Assembly: GCA_964016885.1 (NCBI GenBank)
Contig: OZ024741.1
Span: forward strand, 390,290,001 to 390,354,000
From: Eledone cirrhosa
Lineage: Eukaryota
Length of the DNA: 64,000 nucleotides
Direction: 5' to 3'
Shown: piece by piece, positions 52,207 to 64,000 of the stretch
How the letters are laid out: every line of letters starts with the position of its first letter
Numbering within the stretch: the stretch's first letter is position 1
The notes under the pieces: generated by a model
Told to the model about the DNA's origin: nothing
Database searches by the model: none
Seen by the model: only the letters and a program-made list of their open reading frames with translations
Program-made: the position numbers and the translations under genes

Positions 52207-53382
52207 ATGGGAACGAAGTTTGCTCCCGTTTACGCGAACTCTGTAATGGGATACTTAGAACAACAACTCTACCAAGAAATAGAGGAAAAATATAGTACTG
52301 ACTTTAGAAAGTACATTGAAAAATCTTGGAAGAGATACCTTGACGACTGTTTCATCATCTGGACAGAATCTCTAGATACTCTGGATGAGTTCAATATCCT
52401 CCTGAATAACCTACACCCATCTCTCCAATTCACAAAAGAGATGAGTAGGACCAAATTACCATTCCTAGATATAATGATAATCAAAAACGACACCACCATT
52501 ACCACGGATATATATTATAAACACACAGACACCCATCAATATCTGAATTTTAAGTCGTGCCATCCACCTCATACAAAACGCAACATCCCATACTGCTTAG
52601 CCAGAAGAATTTGTACCATTGTAGAAGATACGAATACCAGGTACAAACGCCTAACAGAACTAAGAGAATTTTTGCTCAAACAAAAATACCCATCTCTACT
52701 TATAGAAAATGGCATACAGCGGGCTATAAAAATACCTATACAACAACTTAGGACAACCCAAGGAAGAAGAAACCAAGAACTGGTCATATCATTTATAATG
52801 ACACACAACCCATGTCACCAGAATATCTTCAACACTGCCAAAGCAAACCTACCGATCATTGCTCAAAGTAATGAATTAAAAGGCTTAATCACAGATCGAT
52901 CTTTGACTCTTAGTAAAAGACAGCCGAAAAATTTGAAGCAATTACTAACAAAAGCAAAGTTTGACCTTAACAACAAAGACCAATCATTCACTGTATCTAA
53001 ATGCAATGATAGTCGATGTGGCACATGTCAATCCATATACGCCGGTCAATATATGAAAACAAAAACTGGAAAAATATTCCCAAATGCAAATGTGAACTGC
53101 AAAAGCAGAAATCTAATTTACTGCATTAAATGCCCTAATTGTGAAGAACTATATGTCGGTCAAACTGGAAATGCACTATCGGAAGGTGCGCGGGTACACC
53201 GACAGCAAATCAGAGACCCAAATGTCCGTCAGATACCCCTAAGTAATCATCTAGCAACATGTGGTCAGGAAATATTTATAATATTCCCATTCTACAAATT
53301 ACACAGCCCAAGTGAAATCAAGAGAAAAATCAAAGAAAAGAATTTTATTGATAAATTCAAACCCAAGCTAAATGAACATTAA
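52207..53382 (+). pseudogene. Penelope RT (C-terminal half) plus GIY-YIG endonuclease, 391 aa open
   Basis: MGTKFAP.YAN, RYLDD, LPFLD, YYKHTD, C..RC.TC, NLIYCIKCPNCEELYVGQT. Confidence 0.92.
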
Positions 53383-53747
53383 TAATGGGGTATCCTACTA
53401 TGACTATGACTACTACCACTAACAACAACAACAACAACAACAACAATAATAATAAAAGTGATGTTGATAGTGATGATTACTAGAAAATGCTATTTTCATC
53501 ATTTCTAAAAATAGCAAAACAATTGATGCTTTGGATAGGGTCAATTAAGTAGTCGTTAGACATCCTCAACCAACCGTGACGCCTAAACCAATCAGCTTTA
53601 GTAATCCAATGAAACTACACACCGATTGGTCGAAATACAGTTTGCAAGATTTAGCATTCTGGAGCCACTTTTCACTGTATATAAGGCACAAAATTTACCC
53701 ATCTCATTACAGTTGAAAATTGCAAACTTGACTGTCACCACACATTA

Positions 53748-53786
53748 TGAACCGGAAGATTGCGAAAGCATGAAAGTACTTGTTCA
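53748..53786 (+). ncRNA. Minimal hammerhead with U4G core change
   Basis: TGAAC-CGGAAGA-t-TGC gaaa GCA-t-GAAA-GTAC-TT-GTTCA; palindromic AGTACT. Confidence 0.75.
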
Positions 53787-54065
53787 ATTAACACTTAACA
53801 TTTAATATTCCACCATACTATTTCATTCTAATACCATTATAAATGTTAAAGGATTGTAAATAAAACAAGTAAATCAGACAAAGTTGGAATTCCTTTTATT
53901 AATATAATCTTCTATACACACTCATACACACTCGTGTATATTTATCTACCTCTCTCTCTCTATATATATATATAAGTTTGTCCTGGGTTCAATCGGGGGT
54001 ATGTCCCAAGGCTCTGATACCATCAACACTATAAACACAGAGCTGGTATATCTAAGAACTGACTA

Positions 54066-54121
54066 ATTGCCTGATGAGGTCATAGCCATTCAATGGCTAT
54101 CATCGAAATATATATAGCAGT
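54066..54121 (+). ncRNA. Type I hammerhead ribozyme with (AT)4 stem III
   Basis: ATTGC-CTGATGA-GGTcATAGCCATT c AATGGCTATcATC-GAAA-TATATA-TA-GCAGT. Confidence 0.82.
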
Positions 54122-54339
54122 AAATAAAGGATTATAAGTTCATGCAATTGACTTATGTTTCGTCACTATATATATATATATATATATATAAGAATTAAAA
54201 TACTAGAGTGTGTTGGAGTTAAACACCCTCTTCGTATTATAGAAATGACAGTAAAGGTATAGCTCAATGTAATTAAACAGAGCCGAAGAATTATGAAAAT
54301 AAACCAAAGAAGCCTTCAATACATCAAAAGTCTTTATTA

Positions 54340-54377
54340 GCCAACAATCTTTCGTCCTATTAAGGACTCATCAGGGC
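54340..54377 (-). ncRNA. Minimal hammerhead with imperfect stem III
   Basis: GCC-CTGATGA-GTCCT taat AGGAC-GAAA-GATTG-TT-GGC. Confidence 0.75.
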
Positions 54378-54690
54378 AATTAAAGCTATAAGAAGCACTA
54401 TCGGCCAATACAAGCCAAAAACTCATAAGAATATGGAGTGTACATACATTAAAGCATAGGAAAATTATCGAATAAAAATTATCAAGTAAAAATTGCTAAG
54501 GAAGTGAATAACATTTTGAACCATATTACAAATATAGTACAATGCAAAAACTAAAGCTAAACAAAGGTGGTGATATAGAGCGGGAATTATTGTACTATAT
54601 ATAATATAATATAATATAATATAATATAATATAATATAATATAATATAATATAATTGATAATGATAATAATAATAATATTAAAAGGCCCA

Positions 54691-54735
<45 letters not shown>

Positions 54736-57044
54736 TATACATATATATCAATACACATTTCTCAAGGATACAGAGATTACAGTGGGTCTCAAGGATACAG
54801 AGATTACGAAATTTAGTATGTGTTGATAGGTTATTAGAGCGTGCTACTATTCGCCAATTAAGGCTATATGGTATATTAGCCCCCTTAAGATCCCAGATAT
54901 GGTGTGCTAAAGAAGTAGAATTCTTAAACTTAACATGTTTAAAATTAGAGATATGAGAATTAAACCTAGTCTTAAAAGTGTTAGATGTTGAGCCTATATA
55001 TGTGCTATTAGAGGAATTAGTTTTAACTACACAAGCATAAACGATGTTCTTAGAGAGGCAGTTACCGTTTAAAGTGCAGTTAACACTCACTCTACAGTTA
55101 CACTTCCGGGTGCTATTGATCGGCTGAAGTAGTGATGCATCACACGTAGGGTTACTATGAGATAAGGTCTGCTCAGGTGGTAAGGCATTTATGGATCTAT
55201 TCAGACTAGTAGTACGTAGAGAGGAGTATCCATCCCTAATTTTCCCATTGTTAGTGCTAGCTAAATGAGAACTAATATTAGGGGTGGTAGAGAATGAAAG
55301 TTTAATTACATTTTTATTAAAAATACCATGGTATTTATTAGTAGGAGGGAAATTTTTCTCTAAGATAGAAAAGAAAGACCTAGGGATGTTAGTTAATACT
55401 TTCTGATTATATGGCGGGTTAAAATAAGTATTTAGTCTCCTTCTATTTTTATCCTTACCAACTCTACCGTTATCTAATATCCCATTATTATCTATAATTT
55501 TCTCTAGGGAAACCTTACTTAATAGAAAGTCTGAGATATTCTCTTTGTGCCCCCACGCCATTTCAAATTCTTACTTTTATTATAAACCTAAAGGTTCTGG
55601 TAGTGTAAATTGTATCCATTAGCTGCTATATTCCCTTATCTTTTTAGTTTAGGTTCATTTTGTTTACCACCATCATTATTATTATTGGTTTTTAACAGCT
55701 TTTCAATCTAGCTTTCATAGTCTTTTGGCTACCATACCATATCTATCTTCTTAAATATTATATTTTCACTTATGAGTTTATATCTGATTATATATTTTAT
55801 TTTATTTTATTTTATTTTATTTTATTTGGATTCTTCTTTAGATAATTAACCCCCTCTCCCTCGCCCACACACCCACACACACACTTGTCATTCGCCCCTT
55901 CAATTATACTATAATTATATTCATTTCCCTTTTATGCTCCTTTCTATTGTATAATACAGTATATTGATTATGATTTTATGCTCCTTCGTATCCTCATACA
56001 TTTCTTTTTTCTGTCCCCATTGGCCTACCATAATTCTATTTAAAGTCCGTTTATTAGATAACGTTATTCAACTGATAGTAGAATATTTCATTCTTTTCTG
56101 GATATTTTTATTGAGATATCTTAAACTTTGGAGATTTTGATTACTTAAACCATAGCTAATTTTGTATTGACTTATTATGTATTTTAAATACTTTCAATTT
56201 TAATTAATTTAATAGGGTTTTCTAGTCATTTATCTACGTTTGTTTCCTAAATTTTTACTTAACCGCATGTGACACCTAAGTAAATACTTTTGTTTTTGTT
56301 TTTCGATTTCCGGTTGATTTTATTTATATATTTATACTACCGTGCGTAGTTTTCTTTAAACGGTAACTGCCTCTCTAAGAACATCGTTTATGCTTGTGTA
56401 GTTAAAACTAATTCCTCTAATAGCACATATATAGGCTCAACATCTAACACTTTTAAGACTAGGTTTAATTCTCATATCTCTAATTTTAAACATGTTAAGT
56501 TTAAGAATTCTACTTCTTTAGCACACCATATCTGGGATCTTAAGGGGGCTAATATACCATATAGCCTTAATTGGCGAATAGTAGCACGCTCTAATAACCT
56601 ATCAACACATACTAAATTTCGTAATCTCTGTATCCTTGAGACCCACTGTAATCTCTGTATCCTTGAGAAATGTGTATTGATATATATGTATATATGTGTA
56701 CATATATATATATATGTATATTGGGCCTTTTAATATTATTATTATTATCATTATCAATTATATTATATTATATTATATTATATTATATTATATTATATTA
56801 TATTATATTATATTATATTATATATAGTACAATAATTCCCGCTCTATATCACCACCTTTGTTTATCTTTAGTTTTTGCATTGTACTATATTTGTAATATG
56901 GTTCAAAATGTTATTCACTTCCTTAGCAATTTTTACTTGATAATTTTTACTCGATAATTTTCCTATGCTTTAATGTATCTACACTCCATATTCTTCTGAG
57001 TTTTTGGCTTGTATTGGCCGATAGTGCTTCTTATAGCTTTAATT

Positions 57045-57082
57045 GCCCTGATGAGTCCTTAATAGGACGAAAGATTGTTGGC
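57045..57082 (+). ncRNA. Minimal hammerhead with imperfect stem III
   Basis: Same motif as 54340-54377, in the other arm. Confidence 0.75.
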
Positions 57083-57457
57083 TAATAAAGACTTTTGATG
57101 TATTGAAGGCTTCTTTGGTTTATTTTCATAATATATATATATATATATATATGTAGAAGTTCTATTTAAATTGTTGGGATACAACAAGCAAATATTTTTA
57201 TAACTGATATAAAGCACTCAACAAATTATTGGAGTAAAAATACGATATATTAACAAATGGAAACTATATTTATAAAACCATATTTATTTCATTATACGAC
57301 GGCTTAAATCTACTGTGATTTAAACATATCCGACACTAATTTGCATAATAGACTAAATAAATTTAATAACCCCACTATCCGGGAGCTTCCAACAGAAATG
57401 GTCGCATTCTTTAAGGCTATGTCAATATTTATTTATAAAACTGATCTATATTATATT

Positions 57458-57511
57458 TTATCTGATGAAAGCACACCATAATTTAACTTGGTGTCCTTGA
57501 AATATGTATAA
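57458..57511 (+). ncRNA. Degenerate hammerhead inside a foldback (57240-57292 versus 57511-57562)
   Basis: TTAT-CTGATGA-AAGcACACCA...TGGTGTcCTT-GAAA-TATG-TA-TAA. Confidence 0.6.
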
Positions 57512-57559
57512 TGAAATAAATATGGTTTTATAAATATAGTTTCCATTTGTTAATATATC

Positions 57560-57608
<49 letters not shown>

Positions 57609-57761
57609 CAAGATGTATGGTAGGTCGTATGTGAATCGCAATGATCACGTCTGACCTACCAAATATGCGACGGTAGCTAGTTAAGCTCTATGCGTATAAG
57701 CAGAGCAGAAATATTAATGAAAAAGAACAAAGGAACTATTATGACATTATAACAAGTTTAT

Positions 57762-57808
57762 TGCCGACAGCCGTTTCGTCCGACCATATGGTGGGACTTT
57801 TCAAGGCA
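57762..57808 (-). ncRNA. U3-A8 variant hammerhead ribozyme
   Basis: Reverse complement of 58159-58205. Confidence 0.8.
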
Positions 57809-58158
57809 TATAACATGTGATTATAAGTTCATTATTTACATCAACATATCACTTAAGACTAGCAGTTTGAAATTGTGGTATATATCAGCAGCTCCGCTTG
57901 TATATTTGGGGTCTATATTCTAAGGGGGCTCTTTTATATTATTTGTCGGAATTGTAAAAGGGATGGATTATGGGGAGTTAAGAGAATTTGAAAATGGTCA
58001 GTGAAGGTTAAGCTCTTCCGACAACTAATATAAAAGAGCCCCCTTAGAATATAGACCCCAAATATACAAGCGGAGCTGCTGATGTATACCAAAATTTCAA
58101 ACTGCTAGTCTTAAGTGATACGTTGATGTAAATAATGAACTTACAATCACATGTTATA

Positions 58159-58205
58159 TGCCTTGAAAAGTCCCACCATATGGTCGGACGAAACGGCTGT
58201 CGGCA
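58159..58205 (+). ncRNA. U3-A8 variant hammerhead ribozyme
   Basis: TGCC-TTGAAAA-GTCCcACCA ta TGGTcGGAC-GAAA-CGGCTG-TC-GGCA; GUC site. Confidence 0.82.
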
Positions 58206-58249
58206 ATAAACTTGTTATAATGTCATAATAGTTCCTTTGTTCTTTTTCA

Positions 58250-60932
<2,683 letters not shown>

Positions 60933-60956
60933 TATATATATATATATATATATATA

Positions 60957-61817
60957 AGTTTCTTTTATTTGCCACTAGGGCATCAAAAGTGGGACAAGTA
61001 CAAAGGGGGGAGTTTACACAAAAAGGCGTCCTCAATAAGGAGGAGGCAATAACAAAATATAAAAATAAAATAAGATATAACAAAAAATAAAATTTTTAAC
61101 AAAATCCTCAATAGAGAGGAGGCGCCTTGGGGGGTCGCACACACCCCCGAAAAAAGTGTGCAACCCTTTTCCTCAGGAGCACAGAGAGGGGGTGCTCCCT
61201 CGTTCCTTCCTCTTTTCCACCTACAGGCTTATGTAAAGAGAAGGCCCATTCACACGGGCCATTCTCGCCACTTTCACCCACCTTTCATAAAAACGACTGG
61301 GGTGCAGCACCTCTCTCTCCATCCTGATCCTTCTTCCGAAATGATATCGGAAGAAACGGACCAGTTGTTGGCCAGAGAGAAAGGTGCCTGACCTCAGTCC
61401 TTTCAGACGCGTCCACCATACAACCTCTTTCGCCATGGCTATTACGCACAGAAACACCGCCTCTGCTTCATCTTTGAAGGGGGGAGGCGGCTTGATCATT
61501 ACAATAGACTCGGTGGTCAACCGGATCGGTCCCACCCTTGACAGCAGTTGTTCGACATAGCCCCACAGATCGGCTACGCCCGAGCAGTGTACCAATGCGT
61601 GTGCAACGGTTTCCTCGTCGCACACGCATCTGGGACAGATCTTTTTGGCGGGGTCCCTACCCGGGCGCCCGTGTCTGTAGAGCCTTTCTCGAACGGGTAA
61701 AGCCCCTCGGTAGCACTGCCAGGCCAGGGACTTCTGGAAGTTGTCCATAGGTCCCGGGCTGAATGTCCTACCGAACAGGCTGGCCAGTTCGTCCTCCTCC
61801 ATGTCTAGGGCTTCTCC
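60957..61817 (-). mobile_element. 5'-truncated divergent Tx1/L1-like sibling inserted in (TA)n
   Basis: PGPMDNFQKSLAWQCYRGALPVR...CPRC...HALVHC; 3' end AAATAAAAGAAACT then (TA)n; (TA)n on both sides. Confidence 0.9.
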
Positions 61818-61865
61818 TATATATATATATAATTAGGATTTAGTGTTATGCATAGCTGTATACAG

Positions 61866-62237
61866 ATATGTATTGAAATTTCGCATTTCTAAAGAAATAC
61901 GGTATGTTTATGGATATACATTTAAGAAGCCGTAGCTATGCAAAACACCGGGGCTATCGCCCTCTGGTGGTGTTCAGCAGAAACAAGGGGGACAATCGTC
62001 AATGCATTTCGAACTTAACTGGTACTCATCAGGACGATCCCTCCTACACTTGCGATTGCTGGACCTTAAAAACTGGCGAGAATATATGGTCTTCTCGTCT
62101 GAGTAAATGAGGTGATTAATCTCATTTGCAAATGAAGCTGAGGGTGATAGCCCCGGTGTTTTGCATAGCTACAGCTTTCTAAATGTTTATCCATAAACAT
62201 ACCGTATTTCTGAAGAAATACGAAATTTCAATGTATA
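61866..62237. repeat. Element with terminal inverted repeats of about 100 bp enclosing a hammerhead
   Basis: 61866-61964 versus 62140-62237. Confidence 0.85.
61995..62038 (-). ncRNA. Minimal type I hammerhead ribozyme
   Basis: ATCGTC-CTGATGA-GTAC cagttaa GTTC-GAAA-TGCA-TT-GACGAT; perfect 6-bp stem I, palindromic ATGCAT. Confidence 0.82.
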
Positions 62238-62386
62238 TACATACATACATGCATACATACATACATACATACATACATACATACATGATGGCTGCCCCCT
62301 CGTTATCGAGTATGGCCATTGCACGAGAAAAAAAAAATAATAATAATATTAATAATAATAATAAATAAATAAAAAAAAAAGAAAAG

Positions 62387-62417
<31 letters not shown>

Positions 62418-62591
62418 CATATATACACACACATACTCACACACATATACACACACACACATAGATTAATAACAATAATAATAACAACAATAATAATAAC
62501 GACAACAACAATAATAATATACATATACATATATATATACACACACACGCACACACATAAGCATATCTACACACACACACACACACACACG

Positions 62592-64000
62592 ATAGCAACT
62601 AACAGCGCTGCGATCGAATGTGGCTTTTTAGCCCAGCCAATGATCTAAAATGTTTTGCACAGAGTCGGCAACCAAAACATTTACTGGGAATAGTCGGCTG
62701 TGGTTGGAGTTCGTGTACTTTTGCATGTCGCTTGAGCCCTCCTGCTGATTTACATTCTCTACCACATGTTTGGCAAGCATGATGAGTAGCATCTCCAACA
62801 GCAGCCTGGTAGTCAACCACTGGTCTTACTTTATGACTGCGAAGATGACTTTCGAGTCCAGCTTTGCTTAGGCAGAGTCTCGCACATACGCTGCATGTCA
62901 GCACCATAGGAGGACCCTCGCCGTCTGGAAGTGCAACAGCAATGCCCTTACTCACATTCCGCTTTACTTTCTCGTATGCGATTCGAGATGCTTCAAAGCA
63001 ACTTTTCCCTCATATACAGTCTTTCTCCATTTATTACGATCAGCAGCAATATTCTCCCATGTATCAGCAGAGATGTTAGCGTCTTTCAGAGAGGCTTTCA
63101 AAGAATCCTTATACCTCTTTTTTGGTTTATGTGGCGGTCGTTTTCCTTTAACCAACTCTCCATAAAAGAGTTGTTTTGGTATTCTAGAATCCTTCATCCT
63201 GGCAAGGTGACAACTCCAACGGAGTCGTTGCTTAAGCACAAGAGCTTCTATACTGTCACACATAGAGCTTTCCAAAATCTCGACATCACTGATGTGGTCC
63301 CTCCAGTGAACGCCATGGATCCGTCTGAGACACATCTGATGGAAACGCTCCAATTGCTTAAGGTGGTGTCGATATGTGACCCAGGTCTCGCAGGCATAAT
63401 GAAGACAAGAGAGCACACATGCCCTGTACACCTTTACCTTTGTCCTCCTGCATATGCCTCGCCGACCCCAGAGTCGCCTTTCTAGCTTTCCGAAATCATC
63501 ACTTGCTTTCCTAATCCTAAGTGAGATTTCACTGTCAATGTTGCTGTATCGATTGACAGTGCTTCCCAGGTAGACAAACTGATCAACCACTCCAAGTCGT
63601 TTGCCATACACATAGATGTTTGGTTCAGTGTACTGCTTACCAGAAGCAGGTTGGTACATGACGACGGTTTTCTTGAGACTGACAGTCAGACCTAGGGCAG
63701 TGCAAGCGTCAGAAAATGCATTCAAAATGTGCTGCATATCACTCTCTGTGTGCGCTACAAGATCGCACTCATCTGCATACAAGAGGTCTCTTATGATTGA
63801 TGTAAATACTTTTGTCTTCACAGCAAAGCGCCTGATGTTAAATATGCTGCCTGAGGTTCGATATCGGATGTAAACACCATGCTCGCAATTCCTGAATGCA
63901 ATACAGAAAACCATTGCAAAGTATATGGCAAACAGGGTCGGTGCTGGAATATCCCCCTGTTTCACTCCATTTTTTACTGAGATAGGCTCCGACATGTTAC
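62592..64000 (-). mobile_element. RTE/BovB-like LINE 3' part: RT plus three C-terminal C2H2-like zinc fingers (frameshift near 62960); runs off the window
   Basis: GVKQGDIPAPTLF, LLYADE, FVYLGS, RIPKQLFYGEL..GKR; CSVC..H...H, CQTC..H...H, CRLC..H. Confidence 0.9.

Larger units (their letters stand above)
51903..53940 (+). mobile_element. 5'-truncated Penelope-like element with 5' foldback (51903-51990), RT/GIY-YIG ORF and 3' pseudo-LTR
   Basis: SFDVVSLYTNI upstream of ORF; about 42-bp inverted arms at the 5' junction; hammerhead at 53748. Confidence 0.9.
54290..57132. mobile_element. Penelope-like GIY-YIG fragment forming inverted arms of about 780 bp (54290-55070 and 56358-57132)
   Basis: YFNPPYN, CNCR..CTLNGNCL, NIVYACVV...TYIGST; arms near-identical. 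Confidence 0.9.

Noticed and set aside
62599-62955. Stand-alone C2H2 zinc-finger host gene
   Set aside because: Contiguous with, and on the same strand as, the RTE ORF across a frameshift

Overview
Eukaryotic, AT-rich, repeat-saturated genomic DNA with no recognisable host gene. The Nin/Deu-domain-like tRNA-derived SINEs and long (TA)n/(TG)n tracts suggest a cephalopod such as an octopus (inference). Most short ORFs in the track are microsatellite artefacts. Two systems stand out. (1) About 25 type I hammerhead ribozyme motifs, in about 15 sequence families, sit in Penelope-like termini, foldback palindromes and short tandem retrozyme-like units. They include an exact 310-bp tandem array, a 470-bp dimer, several U3-A8 compensatory core variants and family-specific palindromic stem III sequences. 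(2) A 14-kb array (27.5-41.9 kb) at a (TAA)n microsatellite has been invaded repeatedly by head-to-tail Tx1/L1-like elements and, on the other strand, by R4/Dong-like elements. Its two full-length Tx1-like copies share a near-identical ORF2 but differ in ORF1 and 5'UTR, and carry a conserved GTAAGT at the ORF1 stop. The rest is decayed Helitron, hAT, Tc1/mariner, RTE, CR1-like and Penelope fragments. All ribozyme calls are by-eye folds, and most element boundaries are approximate.
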